From: Epithemia pelagica
Lineage: Eukaryota > Protista > Bacillariophyta
NCBI GenBank assembly: GCA_946965045.2
Contig: OX337242.1
Span: 186,001 to 250,000, forward strand
DNA: 64,000 nt
Direction of reading: 5' to 3'
The translations under genes and the position numbers were made by a program. Position 1 is the stretch's first letter. Every line of letters starts with the position of its first letter. The notes beneath the pieces were generated by a model that ran no database searches, had not been told where the DNA came from, and worked only from the letters and a program-made list of their open reading frames with translations. Shown in pieces: positions 1-11,485 of this stretch.

Positions 1-1794
1 TTCGACGGAATAGTGCCGATGGGGCGAGGGTGTCGGAGTCGCACTGCGATGTCGTGGAGAAGCAGCCGGCGTCGTGGTACGGGACGAGGGTGGCACCACG
101 GATCGACCCCGCGAACGACGTCGGTTGTGTGGACGATCGACACTGTTGGACCGCGATCGAAGACGACGAGGAGGCGGACCCGGACGACGAACCGGACTGG
201 GACTAGCACGACGAGGAAGAGGAGAATGTGACTGGTTGATATTGTTGTGGATCGCTGCATTGCTTGTTGTTGTAGTGTGGGACGAACGAGATTGACTGGA
301 ACTCTTGCTCTCGTTGTTGTTGTTGTTGTTGCGGCGACGAGGGATCCCCAGACTGGTGGACCGCAGTGTCGATGGAGACGGAGAGGATCGTCCGGTCGTT
401 GTTGGTGGCGATGTCGCAGAAGAAGAAGAAGAAGATGATGATGAGAAAGAGGAAGAAGAAGGGGCAGCTTGTACACTATTACTGCGAGAATGATCCCGAG
501 TTGGTGGTAATGGTGGTGATGAGGCCTCCTTCTCCGAGAATTCCTGCGGCGTTTCCTTGTCGTTTGTCTCTCTGTGCGTTGGACGGTTCGAGGGAAAAAG
601 TTCGTCGTCGTCATAATTGTCTTCGGGAGGTTCCAAACACGCTAGAGATGCCGAAATCACTGCCGCCAGGGTGTTGGTGCTTGGATTGCTTGCCACAACG
701 GATAATGTCGAAGAAGAAGAAGAAGAAGAAGAAGAAGAAGAAGAAAAGGATGACGAGATGTCACTTGTTTGGTGAGCAGCCGGGACACTACTGCGAGAAT
801 GATCCCGAGTTGGGAGTGATGAGGCCTCCTTTTCCGAGAGCTTCTGCTGGGTTTCCTTGTCGTTTGTCTCTCTGTGCTTTTGACGGCTCGTGTTTCTGGG
901 AAAAGGTTGGTCGTCCTCAAAGTCGTTGTCGGGAGGTTCCAAACACGCTAGAGATGCCGAAATCACCGCCGCCAGGGTGCTTGTGGATGGCGTGTTGACC
1001 AGGACGGATCGTTTCTTGTTGTTGGTATTGTCCTCGTCGTCATCGTCGTCATCGGTAAATTGTTCCATGAGAATGGGTGGATGGACCGAGGCCCTCCGAG
1101 AATGGCTTTTTCCTCCTCGTTCCTTGTTTCCGCGGTGCTCGGATGGTCCAGCAGTGCTGGTCGTGTTGGTTGTACCGTGCTGGAGTGTCTTGTTGTAGTT
1201 TTTGTGGTTGCGTTCTTCCAGTACTGGTGGTGCTTCTTGTTTGGGTGGTGGTGGTGGTTCTTGTGTTTCTTTTTCATCTTGTTTTGGGTCTTGTTCCGTG
1301 TCAATTTCCACCACATAAAAGGGATCATCCTTCTTGTTGTTGTTGCCGTTGGCTGCTGGTGTAAATGGTTTGGCTGGCACACGAACGCTGTTGCTCCTAC
1401 TTCGGCTCCTACTGGTACGACGACCATGACGATCCAAGGAGGCGTTGCGGGTCGATCTTGTTCGAGACGGAGACGACGAAGCAGCAGAATGATGAGTGGT
1501 GGTTGCATGACTGCTGGCATCTTCTTTGCTGGTTCGAGAAGCTGTTTCCTCGTGGGGTTGCACACGGACGCTGCGACTGACACTGCGGCTGCTGGTACGA
1601 CGACCATGACGACGATCCAACGAGGGGTTGCGGCTCGGTCTCCCTCGAGAAGAAGAAGAAGCAGTAGAGTGGTTCGTGGTGGCATGGCTGCTGCCATCTT
1701 CTTTGCTCGTTCGAGACGCAGTTTCCTCGTAAGGCTGACTTTGTGGCAAAGAATACGAGTCTCGAACCATTGTGTTGGTAGTAAAAGGAGGCAT
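1..1794 (-). CDS. Ser/Arg/Thr-rich disordered protein, 3'-truncated by the window edge (at least 598 aa); absent from the ORF track
   Basis: Manual translation from ATG 1794 (MPPFTTNTMVRDSYSLPQSQPYEETASRTSKEDG...) stays open to base 1 (...RSATPTPSPHRHYSVE). It contains two pairs of internal repeats. The listed ORFs 963..1880(-), 366..998(+) and 1060..2046(+) are off-frame or antisense shadows. Confidence 0.8.
   Translation of the reverse strand, partial: MPPFTTNTMVRDSYSLPQSQPYEETASRTSKEDGSSHATTNHSTASSSSRGRPSRNPSLDRRHGRRTSSRSVSRSVRVQPHEETASRTSKEDASSHATTTHHSAASSSPSRTRSTRNASLDRHGRRTSRSRSRSNSVRVPAKPFTPAANGNNNKKDDPFYVVEIDTEQDPKQDEKETQEPPPPPKQEAPPVLEERNHKNYNKTLQHGTTNTTSTAGPSEHRGNKERGGKSHSRRASVHPPILMEQFTDDDDDDEDNTNNKKRSVLVNTPSTSTLAAVISASLACLEPPDNDFEDDQPFPRNTSRQKHRETNDKETQQKLSEKEASSLPTRDHSRSSVPAAHQTSDISSSFSSSSSSSSSSSSTLSVVASNPSTNTLAAVISASLACLEPPEDNYDDDELFPSNRPTHRETNDKETPQEFSEKEASSPPLPPTRDHSRSNSVQAAPSSSSFSSSSSSSSSATSPPTTTGRSSPSPSTLRSTSLGIPRRRNNNNNNESKSSSQSRSSHTTTTSNAAIHNNINQSHSPLPRRASPSPVRRPGPPPRRLRSRSNSVDRPHNRRRSRGRSVVPPSSRTTTPAASPRHRSATPTPSPHRHYSVE
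476..985 (-). repeat. In-frame internal duplication, period 309 bp (103 aa)
   Basis: actgcgagaatgatcccgagttg occurs at 481 and 790. Both copies encode TLAAVISASLACLEPP...HRETNDKET...SEKEASS...TRDHSRS. Confidence 0.9.
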
Positions 1795-2816
1795 GCTTCT
1801 AGAGAGAGTGTGTGTGTGTATTGTTGTTCTGTCTCTTTTTCTCGAAGCGAAAGAAGAGTGTTTCTCCCCAGATATCTCAAAAATCTCTCTCTAGTAGAAA
1901 ATGAGGAGAGGATTGCAATCCATCAACCGCTGTCGTTCTTGTTGCTGTGCCTGTGTAGAGATTTATCCCTTGTTTTGTCGCCTTCGTTCTTGATGCCGTC
2001 TCGTGCAATCTCACCCCTGGCACTACAAAAGACAATGAATGAATGAATGAGGCAGTGGTGCCTTCTTGTTGTTGTGTGTGTGTGGGTGTCGTATTCGTAT
2101 GTGGTATAGTGGTACACCCCTAAATCTAACAATCCAAAAAACGAACCAAAGTGCCGCCGGAGGACACGGTAAGCGGTAAGAGACGAGTGAGTTGTTTGTA
2201 TTTGTAGTGTGTATGGCTACATTAGTATTTGAGAGTGTTTCTCATAATAGAGTTGTTGGTTTGAAACCAACGACGAGAACGAGACACTGCATCCGGGCTA
2301 GCAACAACTTGGAAAAATGTGGCGAGCAAACCTCGGTTCGATTTTTGGCACGCCGGTATTGCTTGGGTTCGAACAATACTTAGGTAGGCATGCACATGAG
2401 TCTTACCGATACATACGGGCGTGACGCATGCGTCGTTTGCGATGCACATGGTCACCAAATCCAATTATTTGAATGCCCTCCGAGCGGGCACAATGACCCG
2501 CCCAGGATTTGGACGAGTTGTGACTCGTACGCGCCAGACGACAGGACAATCTGACAAACCATGGCTGGTATGCCACAAACCACCGAATCTGGAACTCCAC
2601 ACAAATCCCTTATTATCGTAGCATGGATCCAAAACAAAGCCGTGGTGTTCCACGTTCCAACCGTGCCTATCTTCAGCTACCTACCCTAATCCGAAAGAAA
2701 AGAGAGGGAGTGGACAATCTCTCTCCCCTCTCGCTCTTGCCAGTTTGGATGGAGAGACTACAGTTTCGTGGTGACCAAATCATGCTACTACTCACGTTCT
2801 ATATGGACGCCTTGCA

Positions 2817-4694
2817 CTACCGATCGTACAAGGCGGCATCGGCCAGGAGGGGCATGTTCCGAGACAATGACAAATCATCGACCGAATCCTCGGGCCAATG
2901 AGGCACGACATAGGGTTCCAAGGCATCCGTGCCTTGGGCGGCCAAATCAAAGACGGCTTGACCTAATCGATTGGCCCAAAACTGTCCGTCCATGGTCTCC
3001 TTATTGCTAATGGTGCTGCTGCTATTGTTGATGTTGTCGTGGACGGCACCATTCTCGGAGCAGCAGTCGGTCCAGACGGCCGAGTGTTTGTCGAGTTCGT
3101 CCCACAGCGCTTGGCCCGTTTGGGCAACCAGCTGCTTGGCGGCCATGGGTGTGAGTGTTGTCGTACTACCAGTGTGTGTCGCGACCCATGCCAAGGGTCT
3201 GGGCAAGCCCCATCCAGTGTCGGAGGAATATGCCGTTGCCATTGAGGAGGAAGTGGATGCATCTCCATTGTCCTGGTTGTCTTGTTTTCGGAGACAGTCT
3301 TCCAACCGGCGCCTTGGGAGAATCTCTTGTTGTGGTTGTTGTTGTTGTGTCTCTTTCTTTTCTTCAAACTCCCCGTGAGCTTGACCTACTGGTACATGTG
3401 GTCTAGGTTGTGGGTCCCCAATGACACGCACTGTAGAAAGAGGACGAGGAAGATGACACAGCTTGTCGGTATGGGAGACCGACACGACGGCCGCTTGGTG
3501 GGCATGGTTCAGGACGGTCGTACACAAGTGCTCGGCCGAATCCCATTCCCCAACCATGGCGGATTCCAAGTAATCCAACAGGGTCACGGTATCCTCCTGG
3601 ACCGTGGAATCCAGGTCCTTGTTTTCAGTATAACTGGTGTCACCCTCCGCCTCGTCGTATTCTCGATCCGATTCCAAAATGGGGTCCATGGTTCGATCGA
3701 TAAATCCATCCTGCCAGCTCTGTTCCTGCCATTGTCTATAATCGAGTCTTGTTGTCGTTGTCGTTGTTGGTGTGGTTCGAGGAGAAAAGCCATAGCGGGA
3801 GTTGTGTGTACAGGGGGGCACGGAACGTGGCCTGGTCTTGGACTCGCCCAAAGGTTCGGGCAGTGGCAATTTGTCTTGTTGTGGTTGTGTCTGAAATTTT
3901 TGCCGTGCACCGTCACCTCCGAACCTTGGTGGTGGTGATGGTTCTTTGTCCGTGGAAAGACACGAGATGGGAGAGTGTCGTGTTCCTGGAGTGCTGTCGG
4001 GGACAGAGTGTGGACCGTTCGGATCCACCACCATTCGTGGTGTTGGAGTGGTGATGAAATCCTTTGTACTCCCCATAACGTCGTGTTGCTGCCGCTGTGG
4101 TTGCTGCTGCTGCTGCTGCAGTGGCTTGTGTTTGTGTTTACGAGTGTTCTTGTTCTTGTGGTGCTGAAACAGCTTCCTTCCCCTGATCCACCGTCGTTGT
4201 TCTAGATTTTGCTCTCTTGTTTGGATGGGATGATTGATCAATTCCACCGAGGAGGGTCGAATTCGTACCAACAGCTGTTGGCTCCGTTCCTCCTGTTCGG
4301 GCTCCTCATGTTCCACCTCGGCATTTCCTCGACCATTATCATTACCCAGGTTCCTCAACGAGTCATCACCAATTCTTGCTCTACTGCTGCTTCTGCTGCT
4401 GCTGCTTCTCCATGGTGATGCTTGGACGGACTCGATCCGGTCCGAACGGTCCTCGTCGGAATCTTGGATTGAGGCGTTTGTCCAAGTACCACTTGTCCTC
4501 GTTGTCTTGTGGTTGTTCTTGCCTTGACTTGGACGTTCTCGTTTCTGGTTGGGGACCAACCATTGAGGCTGTTCGGGTCGTGGCCCCTGGATGGAACGAT
4601 GATTGTTCATGGAGGATCCTCCCTTGTCCACGACTTTTTGGGAGGAATTGGTCGTGGCCTGGGATGCCAATGTTGTCCGTCGATGGCGTATCAT
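2817..4694 (-). CDS. Disordered protein of the tandem array; C-terminal helical motifs (QALWDE, LGQAVFDL, AAQGTDAL)
   Basis: 653-aa ORF, first ATG at 4694; S/T/Q-rich; motifs shared with neighbours at 5456 and 22202. Confidence 0.8.
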   Translation of the reverse strand: MIRHRRTTLASQATTNSSQKVVDKGGSSMNNHRSIQGPRPEQPQWLVPNQKRERPSQGKNNHKTTRTSGTWTNASIQDSDEDRSDRIESVQASPWRSSSSRSSSRARIGDDSLRNLGNDNGRGNAEVEHEEPEQEERSQQLLVRIRPSSVELINHPIQTREQNLEQRRWIRGRKLFQHHKNKNTRKHKHKPLQQQQQQPQRQQHDVMGSTKDFITTPTPRMVVDPNGPHSVPDSTPGTRHSPISCLSTDKEPSPPPRFGGDGARQKFQTQPQQDKLPLPEPLGESKTRPRSVPPCTHNSRYGFSPRTTPTTTTTTRLDYRQWQEQSWQDGFIDRTMDPILESDREYDEAEGDTSYTENKDLDSTVQEDTVTLLDYLESAMVGEWDSAEHLCTTVLNHAHQAAVVSVSHTDKLCHLPRPLSTVRVIGDPQPRPHVPVGQAHGEFEEKKETQQQQPQQEILPRRRLEDCLRKQDNQDNGDASTSSSMATAYSSDTGWGLPRPLAWVATHTGSTTTLTPMAAKQLVAQTGQALWDELDKHSAVWTDCCSENGAVHDNINNSSSTISNKETMDGQFWANRLGQAVFDLAAQGTDALEPYVVPHWPEDSVDDLSLSRNMPLLADAALYDR

Positions 4695-5455
4695 GACAAT
4701 GGCAAGAGAACGAAGAACAGCCCCTGGAACGAGACGTTGCGTATCGTCAATGCACCGTGTCTTCCACGAGAAAAACACAACGCCCTCTCCCTATCTCCAA
4801 CTGTATATTAGTGAAAATGATGCAGAAACACACTTCGTCCTGCAGGATCGTCAATCGCTTCGGTTGCTGCACTCTCCTCGTCTCATTCGAAGTTTTCTGT
4901 CTCTCTCACGAAAACGTTGTGCGGAGCGAGAGAATGTTCCATCCATCCATGCTTTTGAAAACACAACATTGAGGGGCATAAAGGGAAGAGACATTCTGTA
5001 TGTGTGCAACAAGGTGCACCAAAGAGGTGGGCCTTCCTCTTGTTTAGAAAATGCCAAAGCTCAGTCCAATCCACACGTCTGCCTATAGAACTCAGGAGGT
5101 GCGCGGTGTTGCTCCTTGTCATGATCAACGGTTCATATTCTAGGAGTTGAAGCATCTTGGAGTCTATCGACCTTTTGCTATCCTTGCTATATCCTGGTTA
5201 AAAAGTTTGAAATAGAAATGTCGCGTGTAAGTCGCTGATAAAGGCTGTTGGTCGCCTTCTGATCCTATGGTGTCTACCCCATTCTGTCACATATCAAGGC
5301 CAACACCACTCGAAGCACAACGATCAAAAGACATATGCCGATGATCTGGCAACTAGATATTGTAATTTGAAGACTTCAGGAAACATTGAAAATCTTGATC
5401 TAAAGGTGTTTGTCGGACGTATACAGTGTGTGCATGTAGAAACGCCCGGTGGTTC

Positions 5456-7786
5456 TCAACCTTCCAAGTGTTTTTCCAACAGCGTAGGCTTCCTTGTCGG
5501 ACGGTTTCCTCCCTTCTTGGCAAGACCTTGTTCTCCCGAATGTTGTGTTTCAAACGACATAGTGTAGGGCATGGGGATTGCCCCCAACTGATTGGTGGCG
5601 GAGCGGGGAATATTGAGGAGGGTATAGGCCACTGCATCCGTTGCTTGGGCACTGTTAATATACACTTGACTGGCACCATTCCAAAGAGCTTCCGTGAAAG
5701 ACCATGAAGATGCCTTGCCGTCCTCCTGTTTGTCCAAGTTGCGGGCCGTCATGCTAGCGTCGGATGTCATATTGTGAATCGTTGTATTCACTATATTGGC
5801 CACGACGGATCCCGTCTCGGTCACATATTCCGCCACGACGGTTCCCGTGTCGCTCAAGGCTCGACCAAAAAAATTGGCCAAGTTGCGGGCCGTCATGCTA
5901 GCGTCGGATATCATATTGTGAATCGTTGTATTCACTTCATTGGCCACGACGGATCCCGTCTCGGTCACATATTCCGCCACGACGGTTCCCGTGTCGCTCA
6001 AGGCTCGACCAAAAAAATTGGCCAAGTTGCGGGCCGTCATGCTAGCGTCGGATGTCATATTGTGAATCGTTGTATTCACTTCATTGGCCACGACGGGTCC
6101 CGTCTCGGTCACATATTCCGCCACGACGGTTCCCGTGTCGCTCAAGGCTCGACCAAAAAAATTGGCCGTGATGGGTGAATCGTCGCTGTCGTCGACGCTG
6201 CTATCTTCATCAGGGTCATCACCATTATCGTCATAATAAGTATCCACCTCGTCGTCGTCTCCTCGATCCAACCAATCCTTATCCGGACGGTCGGCCTTCT
6301 TGGCTCCTCTTTGTTCAATCCTCAGTACCCGTCGACCGTAGCGTTGGGAATATCCAAGAGTGTCCTCTGTCGCATCCAGTATGTTACACAGCATTTGAGC
6401 AACTTCACCTTGAGGATGCTCCTGTTCCATCGTCCGTTCGGATCGTTTCGTGTCCAGGTAATTTCCTAAGGAGACGCGACTGGACTGCTGACTGGATTCG
6501 GCTGGTGGTGGTGGGGGAGATGCATCTTGAGGTTTAGTGCCTTGGGTTGCCGTTGCCTTTGCTGATTTGTGTTTGTGGAACAGACTGAATGGTCTTGTTG
6601 TCTTGTCGGGTGTACTGCTCGTCGGACCTTTTTTCTTGGTTACTACCATCTTGGATTGTCGTGCCTTATTGGGTACCTTGGATTCACTGTTCGGTCCTTT
6701 CTTATTTGTGGATGTTGAGTGCTTGGCCTTTATCGTACTGGATTCCTTGATTGGCCCATCCGTTGTGGTTGCCCTACTGGTCGGCTCTTTCTTCTTGGTC
6801 GTGGTGGTAGCCACAGTGGATTCGTTTGCCGTCGGTTCCTTGGTTTCCGTATTGGTCGGCTGCTCTTGAGGATTCTTGATGGTCGAAAGAAAGAAGGAGG
6901 GCCACATGCTGTTGTTGCGAGACAATGCCAGAGCTGAATCGGTCTTGTGCACAGTCGATTCGTTTGTCGTCGGTTCCTTGGTTTCCGTAATAGTCGGCTG
7001 CTCTTGAGGATTCTTGGTGGTTGTCGGAGAGTCCATCGGAGAAGCTGACTCGGGTTTGGAGTCGCTGCTCGTCGACGAAAGAATCATGGAGGACGACATG
7101 CTGTTGGTGCGAGACGGTGCCAGAGCTGGACTGGGCTTGTTGGTGGTCGCCACAGTGGATTCGTTTGTCGTCGGTTCCTTGGTTTCTGTAGTCGTTGGTT
7201 CTTGAGGATTCTTGGTGGTTGTCGGAGAGGCCATCAGAGAATCTGAATCTGGTTTGGAGTCGCTGTTGTTGTGAGACGGTGCCTGAGCTGGAGTGGGAAC
7301 GAACCGGTAGTCGACAAGTTCGACCGATTCTTCATGGCTTTCAATGTTGACTTCCGATGGAGCCTCTTGGGTCGCAGTTCGTTCCTCCTTGCTTGGTTGC
7401 TTCAATCGACTCGGTTCCTCTTCCTTTGCGGCAACAGACGAGTGCTGGACGCTTTCGTCCCGTTGTTCGTCTTGCAATGGTTGTTGTTGTCCTTGTTCTG
7501 TCAATAGTGTTGGAGTCTCTTGCAAGGTTTCTGGCGCAACTGTCGTTTGTTCAAGAGGCGTGGCAACTGCCGAGTTGCTGTCAACGGAGGAAGCAGGAGC
7601 CTTGTTGGAGGTCTGGACGACAAAACCTCGTTCGGAAGAAGAGGACGACGGATTCACCACCTTACTAGAAGTAGACGACTGCTCCACCCCCTCGGATTGT
7701 TTCATCGAGCCTTTTGAACTCCATGGCTTGTCGCGACGACTGGTCGATTTCCTCGAGTTTCTTGCCTTTCGCATATTGAAAACCAT
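5456..7786 (-). CDS. Disordered protein of the array, with Thr/Glu/Pro repeats and 3 x 48-aa amphipathic repeats
   Basis: 786-aa ORF, first ATG 7786; carries ANFFGRALSDTGTVVAEYV x3, EALWNGA, SAQATDAV. Confidence 0.85.
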   Translation of the reverse strand: MVFNMRKARNSRKSTSRRDKPWSSKGSMKQSEGVEQSSTSSKVVNPSSSSSERGFVVQTSNKAPASSVDSNSAVATPLEQTTVAPETLQETPTLLTEQGQQQPLQDEQRDESVQHSSVAAKEEEPSRLKQPSKEERTATQEAPSEVNIESHEESVELVDYRFVPTPAQAPSHNNSDSKPDSDSLMASPTTTKNPQEPTTTETKEPTTNESTVATTNKPSPALAPSRTNSMSSSMILSSTSSDSKPESASPMDSPTTTKNPQEQPTITETKEPTTNESTVHKTDSALALSRNNSMWPSFFLSTIKNPQEQPTNTETKEPTANESTVATTTTKKKEPTSRATTTDGPIKESSTIKAKHSTSTNKKGPNSESKVPNKARQSKMVVTKKKGPTSSTPDKTTRPFSLFHKHKSAKATATQGTKPQDASPPPPPAESSQQSSRVSLGNYLDTKRSERTMEQEHPQGEVAQMLCNILDATEDTLGYSQRYGRRVLRIEQRGAKKADRPDKDWLDRGDDDEVDTYYDDNGDDPDEDSSVDDSDDSPITANFFGRALSDTGTVVAEYVTETGPVVANEVNTTIHNMTSDASMTARNLANFFGRALSDTGTVVAEYVTETGSVVANEVNTTIHNMISDASMTARNLANFFGRALSDTGTVVAEYVTETGSVVANIVNTTIHNMTSDASMTARNLDKQEDGKASSWSFTEALWNGASQVYINSAQATDAVAYTLLNIPRSATNQLGAIPMPYTMSFETQHSGEQGLAKKGGNRPTRKPTLLEKHLEG
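5735..6166 (-). repeat. Three near-identical 144-bp tandem coding repeats (48 aa each)
   Basis: Units start at 5735, 5879 and 6023 (caagttgcgggccgtcatgctagcgtcgg...) with only a few substitutions between them. Confidence 0.95.
6810..7300 (-). repeat. Imperfect coding repeats (KNPQEQPTxTETKEPTxNESTV, about 3 copies)
   Basis: Recurrent ctcttgaggattcttg and gattcgtttgtcgtcggttccttggtttc blocks. Confidence 0.8.
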
Positions 7787-8857
7787 GATTGATTCTTCGA
7801 AATCGCCCGAGTCCAAACCAAAGACACTGTGTCGTTCGTTGCGGGTTCACTATTTTGAAATGAACGGTAGAGGAACAGGACTGAGCACGATCAAAGGATG
7901 CTCTTGTTAAGCCGAAACCAAAACAAAGAAGAGTGCTTGTTGGTTGGGTTTTCAAGATTTGCGCGCCAAAAGACAATGCTTCTTTTGGGAGGGAACATTA
8001 TCCAGAAAGGGCGTGGAGGCCTTCATCCCACGTTCCGCACAACATGCGGATCAACGGTTCCTTGGTGCGCTCCAAGGGCCTCAATAGAAACAAGTTGCAC
8101 CTTGGATCCATTGTGCGGTACAAGATCGCGTGCCGGAATGCACCGTGGAGTGCACCGCTCCTTTTGGTTTCTAGCAGAAAGAATAGGTTTTTCGTGGTAC
8201 AGTCTTTTTTCAAGTGTAGGAACCAGAACCTACTACGCAGCGTTTGCACACTCCTGCAGAAAACGTTGTTCGTTTTTGTGCCATGTGTGTGACACACTGT
8301 CATAGTATAGTAGACGGTTCAACGCAGTTTTGGCGCACTCCTTGGAATGCCGGCGGTGCACGCCCATTTTAGACAAATGGCGATAGAGCATGTTTTGGAT
8401 TGCTGTGTGGTCGCCCCGCTCGCTGCGTCTGCCTTTCGTGGGATCATGCGGCTTAATGTACTTTATTTCGTATATTTAAGAATACACTACTCTACTAGGA
8501 GTTAAAGTATGTATTTGGCGATGGTTGATTGTGGTATCAGTCGCAGAGGATTCCGCTATTCTCTCATGAGATCATCTGCGAGCATGCCAACCCTATAAAG
8601 AGGCGTCTTGCCATTGCCACAAACTTAGAAACGCAAACACTTTTTATGGAAGGAGACGCGCCAGGTGCACCGTATGACAGAGCCAGTGACTGGCCTTTCT
8701 GCATGGACCCATAGTCCAAGCATTTCTCCTCCAAGACAAAGACCCTCTATACTCTAGTAAAGGGGAGAAATAATATTGAATACAGCTCCATTATTCATCA
8801 CTTTTACACTATACTAATGAGTAGGATATCCAACACTATGCCAATGAGAAAAGGACG

Positions 8858-11113
8858 TTACAACACAAGGGGAAAAGGCTCGCCACCATTTCCTTGCCGT
8901 TTCTTCTTCTTGTTTTTCACAGTAGGCACCATGAGTTCCTCCACGGCTAGTGCCGATTCCGAAAGAGCCTGGTCAAAGAACTCGGCATTGGGTGTAGTGG
9001 TATATTCGCTTACACTCCGACCTTCCAACTCTCCCACAAACTTGGTATAGCCCATCATTTCCGCCACGGTCAAAATGGCATCGTCAAAGACTCGAATGGG
9101 TGTATAAAACGATTGTTCCTTGTGGCTTTTTGGATCGGACCATTCCGTCAAGGCGGATGTAACCGAATTGCTACCAGTCGAGGAGGATGCTGACGACGAG
9201 GATTCGATGGAAAAGCGTTTGGGATATACCTCTTTCTCCACCTTCATGGTGTTGTTGTTTTCTTGAATGGTAACTGTTTTGTTCCCTGTTCTTTTGGATG
9301 GATGAAGAACGGATGGCGAGGATTCTTTTGGAGAAAGGTTGGTGGTCTTGGGGGAACGCGGTGGACTTATTGTCATGGCTTCCTCGTCGTCTTCGCTAGC
9401 TCTGGTAGTCTTGTCGACTGGACTCGTAGAGTTTGGAGATTTGATTCCATCCGGCGATTGGTCGCGAGATTTTCGTGCCGTGCTTTCCTTTGCAAGAACC
9501 TCTTGGGAATCCTGTGTTCCCGTGTTCGGACCAAGAATGGTTCCTCCTTCTTGTACTATCTTGTGTACCATACCATTGGTTTTGGTGGAGCTGGTCATCA
9601 ACGTCTTGTTACCCTTCGTTGGTGTAGTAGTCTTTTTCTCCGTCTTTGGAGAAGAGCTCTTGTTGGTGGCGCGTTTTTCCTCCTTCTTGGAGGAATTTGA
9701 CAGAGCAATGATCTCTTTGGTTTGGGGAACGACGCGACCCTTTTGTTCGTTTGATGGCACGGAACTACCACCCGACGACGACAATGTTTCTTCCGACTGG
9801 TTCGAACTCAACGATCCTCGTTTTCTACGGAACAGCGTTTCTCGAATGGACTTTTGTTTCATTTTCTTGGTAGCTTGTTTTGCTGGAGTGGCCGTCGTCG
9901 TCGTTGTCGGAGTAGGAGGCACCTCCTAGTTGGCAGTACTTGGGTTGGCAGTGGTTTGGGTAGTGCTCGAAACGACGCCATTCTTGTTGGTGTGATTCTC
10001 GGTTGCAATCTTCTTGTTGTTGATGTTACTGCTGCTGTTTGGGGGCTGTTCGGTTTCTTTCTCCTTGTTCTCCTTGTTCTTATTCTTATTCTTGTTGTTG
10101 TTGGATTCGTCGGCCTTTTTGTTCATGGACGCGCGTCGAGACGCCAAGGAAATGACCTTTTTGTGGAGCTTATTCTTGATGGGAGCCGTCCCATTCTTGG
10201 TGGTGGCTGTGGTGGTGGTGGTACAAGGAGTTTTCTCCTGGTCCAGAACCGTGGGTGCGGAGGAGTCTTGGTTGGTGGGTTGCGGCGAGGGAGAATTGGG
10301 ACCTTGGGGTTCGGTGGGAGTCGTTGTTGTTGTACAGGTGGAAGATTTTGCCTCCTCATTCTTGTCCGAGGAAACGACTGCGTCCTCCTCTGAGGCCACG
10401 ACAGCTTTGGGCGGCGGCGGTGGCGGAGGTGGAAGAATATCGTCCTTGGTGGAGAGAGTTTGCTTAATGGAGGATGCTTGGGACAGTAAGGACGTGAATT
10501 GCAATCTCCAGTTCGACGACGACGACGCTGATTCCTCCTTTGTGGGTTCTGGTGACGTCGTTTGCAATGCCTCGGAGTAGGCTGATCCACCGGGTTGATA
10601 GGTTTCGGAAAGATTGTCCTTCAAGGAGGACAGGAGTTGAAATTGCACGATGGAAGCCTTGGTGTTCTTGTCGTCCGCCTTGGGGGTGTCTTCGGCCTTG
10701 GTGGTGGTAGTGGTAGTGGTGGTATCCTCCAACGATTGTTTCGTGGTCAACACCGAACCGGCTTTGCTTTCCTCGTGTTGACGATGATGATTTGGCAATG
10801 GTTGCACCGCGACCACGCTCGATTCTGATGGCGCCATCGCAGTTGCTTGTTTCGCCTGTGGCTGGCGTTGGTTTGTCTTGGGGAGGGATGGTTGACTATT
10901 CGTTGTAGACGGCGACGTTCTTGATGAGATGGACGAATTGTCCTCATGACGATGATGATGATGATGATGATTCGACAATGGATCCACTGAGGCAACATCC
11001 ATCGACGATTTCGGTGAAGATATCACCGTTGCTTGCTTTGCCATTTGCTTCACCTTTTGCTTACGCTTCAGCATCTTGGAGAGAGATGATCTGCTATTCT
11101 TCGACGATGGCAT
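8858..11113 (-). pseudogene. Array member (about 750 codons) split by one in-frame TAG at 9926-9928; disrupted allele or assembly error
   Basis: ORFs 9926..11113 and 8858..9922 are in the same frame and read ...NPSTAN*EVPPTPTTT.... The downstream part has no ATG start and carries DAILTVAEMMGY (9047-9082) and PNAEFFDQALSES. Confidence 0.75.
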
Positions 11114-11485
11114 TGTAAAATGGATTACCGAACAATCAACGAATGGATGGATCGATCGACTTTATGAGAGGTTGGTGTTGGTGATGCTTTTTGTGTGCCT
11201 GACCACCGTGGCGTTGTGTTTCCTGTTTTTCCTCTCTCCAACGCTCTCTCTCCAACTCTCTCGTGCCATGGAACGTACCCTCGGCGCTATATCTTTCTCA
11301 CCTACCCTGAACCAAAAATTCAATCGGTTCTAGTTGCAAGCATGCGTCTGGTGCGTTACATCAATACGAAGGGCGAGGTGCAACAGGATGTGTACGTTGG
11401 ACAAGGTCCTCGGTGCACCCTCTCGTTTCATTCTTTGTGGGCGCACCCACAACTTACCCCTCCCACTATCCACAGCGTGACCGTT

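Noticed and set aside
366-2046. ORFs 366..998(+), 1060..2046(+) and 963..1880(-) as genes
   Set aside because: Antisense or off-frame shadows of the open minus-strand frame 1..1794; their poly-K, poly-V and poly-L runs are trinucleotide-repeat artefacts.
5735-6166. CRISPR-like array
   Set aside because: Contiguous 144-bp coding repeats with no unique spacers and no cas genes.
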